A DNA stretch of 64,000 nucleotides from Eledone cirrhosa. Lineage: Eukaryota. Position numbers and translations under genes: made by a program. The notes under the pieces were generated by a model, which ran no database searches, was not told where the DNA came from, and was given only the letters and a program-made list of their open reading frames with translations. The stretch covers positions 59,148,001-59,212,000 of the forward strand of contig OZ024743.1 in the NCBI GenBank assembly GCA_964016885.1. Reading direction: 5' to 3'. Shown piece by piece: positions 26,538 through 42,001 of this stretch (position 1 is its first letter; every line of letters starts with the position of its first letter).

Positions 26538-26540
<3 letters not shown>
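24890..26540 (+). mobile_element. PLE 3' fragment (Neptune-like C-rich linker and GIY-YIG) preceded by an inverted copy of its 3'UTR with a decayed HHR (25055-25096, -)
   Basis: CGRPNCGTC...FTCASENLI*..CSGC..HYIGLT. Inverted arms ~25190-25405 and ~26330-26540. Confidence 0.8.
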
Positions 26541-26572
<32 letters not shown>

Positions 26573-26596
26573 GTTTAATGTTTACTTGTTCCGCTC

Positions 26597-26667
<71 letters not shown>

Positions 26668-26672
<5 letters not shown>

Positions 26673-27596
26673 GACGTAAAATAAGAAAATTATAAAGATT
26701 AATTTACTAAAATTTTACTCCAACTAATTAGTTTCTGAAAGGTAATAAACATGGTTACCGATCGGAACAACATGGAGAAAAGTCCTTTCGTCATCAGGGA
26801 GATCTATTCTGAGCTAAGTTCCCAGGCAATGTGTGGACACAGGGAACTTATACAAAATAATTCAGTGGATGGAAAAAAGCGAGCGAGGACTAAATTCCAG
26901 GACATTGAAAAAATCACTGCCTACTTGGTCGGTGGCAAATTCAAAAGAATCAATCACGTGTCATTGAGGTTAATCAGTGAGGAGTGGAGTGCTAATAAGA
27001 CAGTCGCCTGACAATTACTATGAACCATAGCACTAGTTTTGGCAAATTTTTGCTCAACAAAATAATTTGGAGATTATTATAAAGAATTAGTATATCTAAC
27101 AACATATATATACAGATGCATACCTATGCTAGCAAATATATAGGTTTTGTCTTAGTAACTTTGTGGTTCAATGCAAGGGGTTGCAGAACAATTATATGAA
27201 AGACGTAAAATAAGAAAATTATAAAAATTAACTTACTTACTATGTCCTGGAACTTAGTCCTCGCTCGCTTTTTTCCATCCACTGAATTATTTTTGTATAA
27301 GTTTCGTGTGTCCACGCATTACATGGGAACATAGCTGAGAATAGATCTCCCTGATGACGAAAGGACTTTTCTCCATGTTGTTCCGATCAAAAACCATGTT
27401 TATTCCCTTTCAGAAACTAATTAGTTGGAGTGAAATTTTAGTAAGTAAGTTAATTTTTATAATTTTCTTATTTTACGTCTTTCATATAATTGTTCTGCAT
27501 CCCCTTGCATTGATCCACAAAGTTACTAAGACAAAACCTATATATTTGCTAGCATAGGTATGCATCTGTATATATATGTTGGTAGATATACTAATT

Positions 27597-27600
<4 letters not shown>
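26668..27600. mobile_element. ORF-less HHR element: 529-nt unit (more than one unit on -, partial unit inverted on +)
   Basis: tgaaagacgtaaaataag recurs at 26668 and 27197. HHRs at 26718-26801 (-) and 27347-27430 (+). Confidence 0.85.
27347..27430 (+). ncRNA. Hammerhead ribozyme with long stem II insert
   Basis: CTCC CTGATGA C GAAAGG-(~40 nt)-CCTTTC A GAAA CTAATTAG TT GGAG. Confidence 0.8.
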
Positions 27601-27645
<45 letters not shown>

Positions 27646-28087
27646 CGGAACAAGTAAACATCAAACAATATTTTAAATAAATTAAAATACGATTTAAATA
27701 TTTACCTCTTCTAGTGTTATGACCGAAGGTTTGGCTAATCAAGAGATTGGAAATTCAGAGAATTTCTAATGGAAAGATATAGCTCCTCAGATAGATTTTC
27801 CACACCTACTAGATATAGATCCACGTAGATATGGATGTATCTCTTTCTGGCCGGTGAATGAATCAAGCCGTTAAAATGACCACCACACAAATGGGCCGTT
27901 AGCGGGAATAATAGACTTGTCGATATTTCATGTTACTAGAAATAGCAGCATGATACACCATTTTTTTTCTCAACATTAAGGAGAATTCAGATAAATGATA
28001 TAGATATTCCAGTAGGTACTAAGTACCCACGGAAATATATATATAGAGAGATTGATTGATTGAGGGAGTGTGAATGACCAAAGGACA

Positions 28088-28735
28088 GGATTGGTAGTAT
28101 CAGTAGAGGGTCGGACGCCATGCTTTCCAGCATAGTTACGTCCCTTTATGATCTGAGTTCAAATCCCGCCGAGGTTGACTTTGCCATTCATCCTTACGGG
28201 GTCGATAAAATAAAGTACCAGTAATGCACTGGGTAATTTGCTGGCCTTGTGCCTAAAGTAGAAACAATTATTTAAACTCTCTAGGGTCGGACGCCATGCT
28301 CTGCAGCAAAGAGTTACGGCCCTCTATGGTCTGAGTTCAAATCCCGCCGAGGTTAACTTTGCCTTTCACCCTTACAGCGTCGATAAAAGAAAGTACCAGT
28401 ATTATACTGGGTATTTGCTGGTCTTGTGCCAAAAGTAGAAAGAGTTATTTAAACTCTCTGGATTTCGCAAAATATATATTTTTATTTGAGAAGATCAGAT
28501 ATTTTTCTGCAAAAATTTGATTGAATTATTTTGCACTATATTTAGAGCAGTGGATTGGCAGCATCAGTAGAGAGTCGGACGCCATGCTTTCCAGCATAGT
28601 TATGTCCCTTTACGGTCTGAGTTCAAATCCCGCCGAGGTTAACTTTGCTTTTCATCCTTTCGGGGTCGATAAAATAAAGTACCCGTAATGTACTGGGTTA
28701 ATTGCTGGCCTTGTGCCAAAAGAAGAAACATTTAT
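28088..28735 (+). mobile_element. Cluster of three SINE A copies (28088-28270, 28283-28448, 28547-28735)
   Basis: TSD-like duplications ttatttaaactctct (~28268/28446) and ttattttgcactat (28526/28732). Confidence 0.88.
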
Positions 28736-28856
28736 TTTGCACTATTTTGTTTCCACATGTATTTTTTGAAAATGTTATTTATTCATTATCAAAATTAAAT
28801 GATAGCATTCTATTTGTAGGTGGGCTCCCGTCATCTGGCAACCAATATTTTTAGAC

Positions 28857-28893
<37 letters not shown>

Positions 28894-29349
28894 CACACGC
28901 ACACACACACACACACACACACAGACTTACACTCCACTCCAACATACACAATGGTTTTTCAAAACCCACAAGCACGTACCCTCTGCTCTCCCCCAGACTC
29001 TCACACTTACATACACGCACACACACACACATGTACATCTACACACACTCTACAAACACACACACACTTCACCTTCCGCCATCCCCTCTCGGACTCCGTT
29101 TTACCCAACGCCGTTTCGACGGCCTTTTGCATTTTTAACATCTTTCTTACGATGGGTTTTTCCATTTTCCTACGAATATATATTGTCAATTATCCGAATT
29201 TTATGATAATTAGCCTGTGACAAACATATTCATTCTTCTCCCCTAACAATTTTAATGGATCATATTGTGTAACACGGCTTCTTTCTTCCATCTACTTGCC
29301 TATTCCACACTTTTATAGTTTTCTCTTTTTACAGCCTGTTATATTGTGT

Positions 29350-30660
29350 TAGAAATTAAGAACAGCCCCATCAGAATTGCAGAAAATAGAGCAATACTTT
29401 TGCTCCAGTATCTCAATAATGGATTCAGCATTGTCTTGGCGACTTCCATTTTCATCAATCAGAGTGCCAACAGTGGAGACTGACCTTGTACATGTTAGCA
29501 AATGAAAAGAACACTTTGGGGTTGAGTTCGATTTTATCAATGGCCCATTCTTCCCCAGCCATTCTTTGGTTATTGATGATAGTGTTGTTACAGATTGTAT
29601 ATTTTGATTCAAGCAGTTTAATAGTAGTCGAATGTGTGTGTGCCGTTGGCATAACCTTTGTTTGTTTCTGTTTTGGGGGATTCGGCACTGAGTTTTGTTC
29701 ACAGATCTTGATTCGGTATGTTTTCAACATATGTTTGTAACTGTCTACAAATATCTGCCAGGATATTTTGATGTTGGTGGAGACCAGCCCGCATGTGGTA
29801 GATTGTTAGTGATTGCATCACATTTGGCATTATAAAGAGCCATGTTATCAAATAGTGGACCTGGAGGGTGGTCATTTGGTTTAGCCTTTAGCTGGTGGAA
29901 TTTCGGGTTACAGAGAATCATATCTTGACCTATACTGCCCAACTAATATCAAGTAATTGGCGTTGATGTGCATGGTGAGGATGATATTTCCGTCTGATCT
30001 AAAGGAATCATGCAGGGACATGGAAGTTACTCCTTACTTCTGCTGACACGATCCGCAGGGATGGTTGTACAATTCCTCATCTTCACATCGGCTTCCAAGT
30101 GGGAGTTGTCAAGATAGGTCTAAGTAACGATGAAGAAAGTGATGTGGTGTGGATGGTTGTCAATCCAATCCTCAATGAATTGGATCTTCCATTTTTGTGA
30201 ATTGATGGAAGTGCTGACACATTGTACATCGAGTAGAAATGTTGAAGCTAGAGCTGTGGTTGGTTTTGACTAACTATGGCAGGGAGCTTGTTTTGTGTTT
30301 GCTTGTTAGTGACAGCAATGGGGGAGATGGTGCTCTGCGGTAAAAGCAAAGGTTGGCGTTGTGTGATGGCAAGAATATTTTTCTGTATCTCTTCCCAGTT
30401 TCATCATGGCTAAAAATGAGTTTTATTACTTAGGGAGCCGTTGCTGTCTGGAGGTGTGTTTACACTTTTGGTAAAGTTTATAGTTTCCACTTTTGGTTGG
30501 TTTTTTGTAACTTCATGAACATTCTGGACCAGATTTATTGCAGCAGGAGTCAATTTTACTGTGGGTTACATTTTGGCTTTGGCCCCCATTTCTGTTAGTG
30601 CGTCGAGTTCCTGGAGGATGGATGAATGGACCGTCATGCTGCAGACGTAGTCTCTTTCGT
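29350..30660 (-). mobile_element. Decayed CR1/L2-group LINE fragment (APE start and APE-RT linker)
   Basis: WAIDKIELNPKVFFSFAN linker motif; degenerate APE start (LLDVQ.., FIVT*TYL, ADR) at ~30240-30050. Confidence 0.6.
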
Positions 30661-30768
30661 TGGGAATACCAGTAGATTGTTGCATTCATTTCTTATTCCT
30701 GTCCGTTCTCTTGCAGGGGTGTTTTGATTATGATACTGATGTCATACACGCAGCGGGAGTATGGATTA

Positions 30769-30884
<116 letters not shown>

Positions 30885-31303
30885 TGACTTAAGAAAAATA
30901 TCCTCAGATAGGCGCCAGAAGTATTTTAGTATGGATTTCTTCAAATCATAGAATACGATCTATTTTAATTTCTGATAGGCAGACCGTGACGAGTTTGATT
31001 AAGAGTCATCCAATTTACTGTAATCGAAGAATGTGTCTGTCCATCCAAACACGATGTTTGTCTATTTATTGTTCTAGAGTAATCAGATAACTCAATCAGA
31101 AAATAGCTTATAAAATTATGTGAGCAGTTATACACACCCCTCTACATACAGTTACATCCGCCCCAATGTTAGTTAAATTTATACTCGAATAAATAAAAAT
31201 ATTGATGATTCCCAATCTAACTGTGACGTAATTAGATGTTCATACATTTATATATATAAATATCGTATGCATATATAAATATCATATGTATATTTAAATA
31301 TCA

Positions 31304-31369
<66 letters not shown>

Positions 31370-31371
31370 TT

Positions 31372-32595
<1,224 letters not shown>

Positions 32596-32711
32596 TATGA
32601 ATACGTACATACATATATGTATACAGACGTACAATAGTATGTATATATATACATACATGCACACACATATATATATATATGTACGTATGGATTCACCGAA
32701 CATTTATTATA

Positions 32712-35700
32712 AGTAACGGACCTGGTTGGGCTCTTTCTGCTGAAGCAGATAAAAGATGAAACCCCCTGCCTGGGCGGAGAATTATATCGTGACGATGCTC
32801 TCTTCACAGTATGACCACAGCACCAATATGTTTGAGCGAATGAGGAGGCGTATTCGCCATTTCTCTAAGAACCAGGGGCTCAGTATCGAACTAGACCCAA
32901 ATAGAAAGGTAGTTAACTTCCTAGATACCACCCTAGATCCATAACCAAGGCTGTGGTGAAGAGTGTCGCGGTCAGGATCTCTAGCCTGTCCGCAAGTAAG
33001 GAAATCTTCAATAACAACGCGGAATATTACAACACAGCTCTAAATAAGGCGGCACATGGCCAAAATATAACATATAGTCCGAAACGCCGGCATGGGGATG
33101 GCCCAACAGACACCTACACCTGCGTTGTCCGGGAGGGGGCGAACCCTAGCAATACAGTCAGATCAGAAACAAATAGGCACCATGAGTCCGACACCACGAC
33201 ACGGGCGTTGGTGACGAGTACGCTTAACCATGAGATGAAACCCAATATGAGTAGCAGTCTGAGGGGTGATGCTAACCACCCCGTGCCCGACGACCCCAAC
33301 CGAAGGACACGGGGGGAGGGGGGGGGGGGGGGGAGACCACTCCACGGTGGATCTCCCAGCGCGGGCAACGACCACCCCACAGATTCGGGCCATGAATATA
33401 GCAAAACGCATAGCACCCAAAGGAGAAGCAACAATGCGGGAACCACCAGCAACTCAACAAAACTCCAAGAACACACGACGCCCCAACCCATCCATATAGG
33501 AAGAGACGCAGAAAAATCACGTCGTACAACCCACACTACTCAGCGGCCCTAAAGAACAGCTTGTCCCGATCATTCTTTGGAGCATTTGATAAATGCTTCC
33601 CGAGGGACTATATATACCACAAGATCTTCATCAGACACACTGTGAAGCTCTCGTATTCTACCACGAGAAATCTGGCCCAACACATAGCTAGCATCAACAG
33701 GAGTAGGCTTATAAACCACACACAACCAGAAGATGGCAATACAAGCACCCAGCAGAACTATGTGGAAGGAGAGAAGGGGGAACCAGTGTCCACATAAGAA
33801 ACCCAAACAGACCCGGGGACACCCTACCGTTCCCGTGGGAAGACCACCATGTAACACTTAACGGGAACCCCACTCTAGTCACGCAGAGGTCGACCAACCT
33901 CTGCAACTGCAGAAACCCGAATCATGCCCCCTTAGTAATGAATGCCTTAAGAAGAACATAGTATACGGTTGTAGGGTTAAAACCCCCAACACCGAACACC
34001 TCTACATAGGATCCACATCAACGAGCTTTAAATACCGTTGGTAAAACCATCGCCATTCCTTCAATAAGGAGGCCAAACGGAAAAGTACGGCTCTCTCCGA
34101 CCTGATCTGGAAGCCTAAGCTGGACAGGACCCCGTACTCTCTGGCCTGGTCCATAATCAGGAAAGTCCCACCCGATAAAGGGGGATCTGGCATATGCAAA
34201 CTATGTCTGAACGAGACCATCGAGATACTAAGAGGTGGAAGCCGCATGATAAACCTCAGAACCGACTTCTTCGGGACATGCAGACACCTCAGGGCCGGGA
34301 CCTTCCTCAAGATATATGGACAGTAGCAACACAATAAGATGTGAAATCCCCTCAAGCTATAAGGACTTCTCCTGAACATGTAGACACCTCTCGGCCAGAC
34401 CTCCCTCAAGCTATATGGGCAGTAACAACACCATAGGTTGGGAACTCCCCTCAAGCCATAGGGACCAACCCAGGCTGAGCAGACACCATGATAGACTAGA
34501 GATTGATTCTGACACAGCCTTTATAATTTGGCCAACATCTTTATAACACACACAGATTTTATTTTACTTCATTTTTCATTCATGAGTTTTCATTTTTGAT
34601 TTTCCATTATTCATTTGTTATTTGTTTTCTGTTTTCTTCACTTTATCACCCTATATTTATATTTAAGTTGAGATTGGTTATAACACACACACATTTTATT
34701 TAATTATCTATTTCGTTTTATTATTTTACCATCTTGTTCCTCCTACCACTTTATCCAACATATTCCTGACCTTGAGATTGGTTATAGCACCCACACATTT
34801 TATTTTATGTGAATCTTCATTTTTATTTTTCACTTTTCATTTCCATTTTTCATTTTTCATTTTCATTTTTCATTACTTTTTCATTTATTCTCTATTTATT
34901 ATTATTTTCTGTTTTCCTCATTTTATTGCCTTCTACTTCTTCATATACATGGCAGAACCCAAACAACCACCACCACCACGGGAGATGGTGGCAGGAGGGA
35001 TGAAGAAACACACACACAGATACTTCTAAATGTCAGCAGCAGCAAGACATAGGCTGACCACAACTCCAACAACACTACCAAAATAAGGGTAGAGGTCAGA
35101 TGTACTTAACAATAGCAAACACAAACACTACAGGGAGCCTCACCCCAGAAAGAATAGACTTTTGACTGATGAATGCTCTCAAAACTGACCAATGGGAAGT
35201 GTGACCTTACAAATCTTTATAACACTGAGATGGGTATAACACACACACATATTTTATTTGATTATTTTATTTTATTTTGTTCCTTTACCACCAACTTCTA
35301 CCACTTTATCATTTTTTTTAGCTACTCCAACAACAACACCACTACCAACATAAGAATAGAAGTCAGATGTACCTAACAATAACAAGAACAACCACTACAG
35401 ATTGGCTTGCCTCAGAACGAATTTCTATAGACTTTTGACTGAGGAATCTTCTAACAACTGACCGATGAGAGGAGAAGAAGCCCTTTGACGCTGAAATTCG
35501 TTTATTTAAATTCATATGATTCCACTTCCAATAACAACCCAACCAGGAACTGGTTATATCAGAGTATTGACAAAGTTAAACACCTCAACACCATATGCAC
35601 TCGTCTCTACCACACTAATTCGGACTGCCTGAAGAGGTTACAGCCAAAGATGGCTGTCACCGAAATATATATAGCAGTAATAAACGAAGCCAAATTTGAA

Positions 35701-35822
35701 ACATTTGATTGATTTATTTTATTTTATTTTACATTAATCAGGAGTAACCAAACCAACCTGTGCACTTCGTTGAGTGCTCCAATCTGCATTCCGAGGTGTT
35801 GGTATACAACCAACATATACTA
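32712..35822 (+). mobile_element. 5'-truncated Penelope-like element (RT C-terminal part, GIY-YIG, ~1.5-kb 3' region with HHR)
   Basis: [68 protein letters not shown]. Confidence 0.85.
35624..35678 (+). ncRNA. Intact type I hammerhead ribozyme
   Basis: ACTGC CTGAAGA GGTTACAGCCA AAGA TGGCTGTCACC GAAA TATATA TA GCAGT. Confidence 0.9.
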
Positions 35823-35951
35823 AAAAAAAATAAATATATCTATATATATATATATATACACACACATACATATATATATATTTATATATACACATACATA
35901 TATATATATGTATATATACACACACATACACATATATATATATTTGTATAT

Positions 35952-36017
<66 letters not shown>

Positions 36018-36021
<4 letters not shown>

Positions 36022-36240
36022 TTATTATTATACCTTGGAAAGGGCTTGATGCCAATAGAAACACACGCACCTGTTAGTTTTTAATTCAATTTACTATACA
36101 TTTTGTGTTAGCTCAGTAACCGGATGATTGTTTATTATTTGTTTATTTTGAAAGGTATTTCATCACGCATTCTATGACTTCCTCGGTGACAAATTCGTTA
36201 CTTTGTTTCTGTTCTTGTTTCTGTAAGTTGGGTAGGATGG
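36018..36240 (-). mobile_element. pLTR fragment related to the 20221 PLE end, with a decayed HHR (36149-36190)
   Basis: Shares gccaata.gaaacacacgcacc. Sense: GTCA CCGAGGA AGTCATAGAATGCGTGAT GAAA. Confidence 0.65.
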
Positions 36241-36493
36241 TGTAGGATATACACACCCACACAAACCAAACCCACAAACACACACAGACACAGGCAGAGG
36301 CACACATACATACAAGAGAAGGTCCTCTGGTCGATTTAATTGATTATAACCTTTAAAGTCTATGTCTCAGTAAGTCTGAAATCAGTAAATGAACAAAACA
36401 TTAAGTGAAAAGAGCTTTGTACATTCATCGGAACACAAACATTTCCACAGTAACAGCCATGTGCAGTCATGTGCTTACGCAAGCCCACACATT

Positions 36494-36544
<51 letters not shown>

Positions 36545-36548
36545 ATGA

Positions 36549-36659
<111 letters not shown>

Positions 36660-38156
36660 CGTGTGTAAATCTTTGAAACACATCCGTGATCTATTTTTAT
36701 CTGTATCATAATGATTGTTTAAATTATATTCGCATGATTCAATTTCGTTTTGTTTAGAAGAATATAGTTCGTAGGTTCATCGATCTATCTACATATTTCA
36801 TAGTCCTAGGCATTTATTTTGCCGGCAGTGCAATGTAGTCTCTAAACGCCTACGTTTATATGTAACGTAATAGAGTAGCATTTAGGGCCTCCCGTCATTG
36901 AATAAATACGCAATCCTAGAACACTCTTGATTTAGGCGACTCTGTTCTAGTTTTTTTTCTCAACGAAATAATATTGCATACACTTTTAGTTATTAAAGTG
37001 ATTCCGACTGACAGAGTTTGGCCCTTTGAATTGAAAATGCGATGTAATGTCACTACAGTAACACTACGACACCACTAGGAGTTAAGGTTTCATAAATGTA
37101 CATTGAATAGATGACGACTTTAGAATACACTCACTAAACAATGGAATTAACATCATTGTGGCCTAACATAAACTAATGTATAACTTTACAAAACACTAAC
37201 ATAAAAATACCCCCCCCCCCCACCTCCATCAATAACATATCACACGCCACCAAGTCCGTGAAAATATTGATATGAGAAAACTAAATAAAGGACATTGACA
37301 ACGTATTTCGTATATCAAAATAATTGCTTAGAATTATGAAAATCTCAAATAGTTAACTAATGGTATTTGACATGCAATAAATGAGACAGGGGAAATAACT
37401 CTATTCGTTTTGTTTTTTCTTCTTTGCTACATTTTTCCATTACCGTCGCATTTATTGGTTAATGTTTTCCAATCGTGATAGAAAAGGTTAGTTCCGTTTC
37501 CGTTGAACCCGTGGGCACGACACTTTAGTTAACGCTGCTGGAAAAAAAATGAGATGAAGGGCTAGAGATTTCAATGAATGTCTCACACTGATTTTCCTTT
37601 AGAACTATGTTAAAGGTACACCTGACTGTAGTGTGCGGGCACTCACACATTAATTTCACAAGTAAGTTGTTCCGTTGATCGAACAACTAGATCACGCGTT
37701 ATTAGAATCGACGTAGCGTCAGTACATTAGATACTCAACAGACCCATATAGATATGGAGCGACCCATGGGCTGTTTTCTTGGGCAAGATGATTTATATAC
37801 CATTGATTTAGTTTACACAACTGGCAAAAATGTGTTGTATCTATAAACCAAAGTAGCAGGCTTGTCAAATACTCTTTCACTCTGTCACTTTGAGTCGCCA
37901 TGAGAATTATTTCCAAATTGGACTCAATTGCTACTCCTATTTCAAATAGCGAGCCTTGTCACACGCTGTATACCACAGTACTAGATTAAGGATACATGTA
38001 CTTATGGAATTTGCAATCACTAGTGCATTAATTTCATAAGTACGGTGCTCAATTGCAACCAACAGAGGTTTAACAACATTTCAGTAATGTCGCATCTTTG
38101 CATATAAAGTTGTTATATAACGGACACTGAATTGAAATTTGTAAGACTGGCTATGT

Positions 38157-38420
38157 GGAGGCGCGTGGCTTAATGGTACGGGTGTTGGACATACAATCAT
38201 AATGTCACGGATTCGATTCCTGGGCTGGCTTGTATGTTGTGTTCTTAAGTAAAACAGTTCATTTCACATTGCTGCAGTATACTCAGTTGGAAATTAGTAC
38301 CAGCAATAGCTGGGTGTTTAACTCTGCGTTGGACTGTCAAGGGAGGAGTTTTGTACACTCTGTCTCTTCTCGCTACGAAACTAAGATAAGCATCGCCCTA
38401 ACGAGCCTTCAGGCTTAACA
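38157..38420 (+). mobile_element. SINE family B, degenerate
   Basis: TGGCTTAATGG, GGATTCGATTCC, ttcatttcacattgct. Confidence 0.7.
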
Positions 38421-38649
38421 CAGACTTAAGAAGGCTGGCTAAACAGCAACAGCAGCCGTTTAATAATACAAAATACAAACATTACGAACCAAACATGGGT
38501 AATAGACTGGCGGATATTTTTTAAAAGATAGGACAATGTATTTTGTGATATATGTTCGCTCTCTGGATATTCCGTTTTCGAATAGCGCCTACACTCACTG
38601 GAAAAACCAAGACGATTCTGACAGGTCTTACGACCAGCAGACAGCATAG

Positions 38650-39310
38650 CATTTTCATCGCAGACAGGTTTCTCGTGAGAAGAATCGGAAAAGCGATCAC
38701 GTTCGTTTTATGAGAGTGACTGAGCTGTCAAACTGATCATCCAGTTATCTGGCACTTGAGATTACCTCAAGCCAAAAAAGCCCGCAAACAAAGCAGGTCC
38801 AGATCGACTATAGGATAGAGTGGGAAGCGTTGGTGCATAAGGATATCAGGAGCAGGTTTGCAGATACTATTGGATCCAAATTCAGAGAACCCCCTCAGCA
38901 AACAGAAGATGTTGAGACAGAGTGGAGATTGATCATTGCAGAAGTTTCTGTTTTATCTGTTAAATGCTACGTGGGAAAGAGTTTTGGTGTGGCACAAGCA
39001 GGGATGAAGAATTGCAGCAGAGACAGGAAAGTTAAGACAACATATGACTTTGCGTTTAAACTGAAATCAGATTTCAGACCAGCAGATAAAGTGTGCTGGC
39101 AGACATCCATGAGCTTGGCTGGACTCGCATGCAGATCTAGCCAGATTTTGGGGAAACAGTTGCTTCTGACAGGACCCGCTGGAAGAAGTGTTTAAAGACT
39201 CTCCCCTTATGACTCTCTCAGGAAGAAGAAGAAGAAGAAGAAGAAGAAGAAGAAGAAGAAGAAGAAGAAGAAGAAGAAGAAGAAGAAGAAGAAGAAGAAG
39301 AAGAAGAAGA
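38650..39310 (+). mobile_element. Internally deleted RTE-like LINE remnant ending in a (GAA)n tail (39222-39310)
   Basis: APE end (..TDH), EDVETEWRL linker and a C-terminal ASDRTRWKK-like motif, followed directly by (GAA)n. Confidence 0.6.
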
Positions 39311-40379
39311 TATTATAATTGACAGTTTAAAATAATTAATTCCCATGACATCTGCTCAATCTGCGATACCTGCCAATTCTTAATTTATAGAAAAATATCT
39401 GATTTATGTTGAGTAAGTCGTTTGACAAACTGCAGAGTTTAATTCATGTATGTCACACATAAATGTACACATTATTAAAGAACATATGTGTTTGTGTGAA
39501 AATATATTCGACTGATATTATCTCCAGCACATTAACATCTTCGGAAATCAATCCAGGATTGTATACAAAGAATTTATGGAAATACATTGAGGATTTCGGA
39601 ATGCACCACACATACTTAAATATCGAAATGTAAACTGAGGACTATGTAATGTTGGAAACAATATTCATAACCTTCGGAATGAAACTGACTCTGAGAAAAG
39701 AGGTATCTTAATTTAGTAATGATAATGCAAGCAGCATAGTTACATGCTTCTTTTATTTCATTTTAAAGACGTATACGTTTATTGTTAGATGACTATTACA
39801 CAAATATCGCTATAAGTTAATTATGTAAATATTTCATATGAATCACGTGAATACCGCGTTTTATTCATTCCAGCCATCATACGAGTACTCATTTTAAAAA
39901 TATTCTTCTAAGTAACTAATATCGATACAAACATTTCTGTACGAATATTATTCATTTAGTATTCTACAAGAATATATAATCCTGTCTTATCTTAACACCA
40001 TCCTCCGTTCTTCGGTCCCTTCCTCATCAGCACATTTAGGGTCAAACCATTTCTGTCAATTCTCATTTATTTGTCAGTGATTCCTTTGCCTCCCGCCCCC
40101 CACTATCTTTCTCCCCCTCGCTCTCTGTATATATATATATATAATTAAATATACAAAACGTGTCAGAATAGAAATTGGGCTGGAGTCTCAAATAAAGTAT
40201 TTCAAGCCCAAATTACAAGCTACTAGATTTCCTCTTCGAAATAAGCATCCACGAGTCTAACGCATTCTCCCATCCTCCTCCTCCACACCTCCATGCACTC
40301 CTAGCACAGTTCACCCGAGCTTCCCCGTTTGATGGCTTCCACGTCGGGAATACGAGTCCCCTTGATGTCCCTCTTGAGC

Positions 40380-40650
40380 TTGGGGTGAAAGGGTGGCTTT
40401 ACCCTAGCAATTCACATTCTGTTTCAAGATGCACGAGAATGTCTTGAAACTCCTTCATGCGCCGCTCATTCTGGTCATCGTTCAGTTGCTTTGGAAACAT
40501 ATTCGCGCAAATCTTCTGTATGCGCAAGTTTTCCATGATAATCTTCCGTTCAAACTAACAGTCAGCCGACGATCGCCATGCACCACCTGACTCAGGCGCT
40601 CAACATTGGACTCAATCCTGTTCTTTGAAGGCCTTCATCTTTCACCTTTC
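40380..40650 (-). mobile_element. Mariner/Tc1 transposase fragment
   Basis: Minus-strand VERLSQVVHGDRRLTV...IIMENLRIQKICANMFPKQLNDDQNERR, a degenerate WVPR-L motif region. Confidence 0.75.
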
Positions 40651-40779
40651 ATTTGCATACACAGACGCACACACACCCACACCTGCATATACAGACGCAC
40701 ACACACACACACACATGCTCACGCACACCCACCCACCCAGATACACACATGTAAGTAAATAAAAGAGGAATGAATATTA

Positions 40780-41390
40780 TAGAGGAGAAATAGTCCAACG
40801 AGGTCTGTAACTTGAGCAGAGTCCATGGATCCCATCGTAATATCGAATAAGTTGTTATATGTGTTTCTTGTCCAGTGTTCTTCATGGAAGTTTAGTAAAT
40901 TTTTTCTAACGTGAGTTATGATGTTGATTTCCTTAGTAGATAAATCCGATCTATGTCTGGCGAAGTTCAGTGCTTTGTTTAAAAGAATTGGAGAAATCGA
41001 AGAATAGTAAGAATCGATGTCGAATTGAATGAATGAAGCTGAGTTTTTATTCTCGATGCTAGTGAACCATTCAATAACTTGGGAAGTGTTATCCCATAAT
41101 GGAAGTGTTACAAATTTTCTAATTTGCGGAATGATTCGAACAATAATGTTCTTGTTGATATTACCGATATCAGATTTTGAAGGGCATATCAGTCTAATAG
41201 AGGGTTCGACTTAAAATCAGATTTATGGTCCTTCAGGTTGAAGTGCGGGCTTTTAGGCGTGACAGGCTCAGTCCTATCTTCAATATGGAGTTGTTTTACT
41301 ATATCACATGATATGTTGTTCAAGGACGTCAGTGCGGTGGTATTTGCTTTCTTATAGTTTTTTCTAAGTTCTTTATATATGAACTGGTTG
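40780..41390 (-). mobile_element. PLE RT fragment (same group as 11290-12880)
   Basis: LYKELRKNYKK..PHFNLKDHKSDF..NP, ICPSKSDIG, QFDIDSYYSSISP. Confidence 0.8.
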
Positions 41391-41817
41391 TGTGTATATG
41401 TATGTGTGTATATGCGAGTATATGAGTATGAGTGTTTATATGTGTGTGTGTGTACATACATATATATATATATGTGTATAGGTGTGTATATGTAAATATA
41501 TATATATATAAATATATGTGTATATGATGGTGTGCACATATGTAAATATATGTATATGTTTGCATCTATTTATGTGTATGTATATTTTTAGTTGAGTATC
41601 AATATAACTATACCTCTACCTATAATGTGGGTATATTCACTTTGTGATCTATGAAATTTATGCGTTTTCATTATGCCAACATGTATTTATCTGAGTTTGA
41701 TTATTTATACATAGACGTACTTGAAAGTATTTTAAGACGTATCATACGCTGTATTATACTAAGTACAATTTACCACACCTTACTATATTATGTTACATTA
41801 TATTATATTATTGTAAT

Positions 41818-42001
41818 GGCGGTGAATTGGCAGTATCGGTAGAGGGTCGGACATGCTTTCGAGCATAGTTACGTCCCTTTTTGATCTGAGTTCAAATCCG
41901 CCGATGTTAACTTTGCCTTTCATCCATACGGGGTCGATAAAATGAAGTAACAGTAATGTACTGGGTAATTTCTGGCCTTGTGCCAAAAGTAGAAACAATT
42001 A
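41818..42001 (+). mobile_element. SINE family A
   Basis: Full-length match to the family. Confidence 0.88.

Noticed and set aside
27745-27795. Hammerhead on the minus strand (CTGAGGA...GAAATTC..GAATT)
   Set aside because: Stem I does not pair and stem II is weak.
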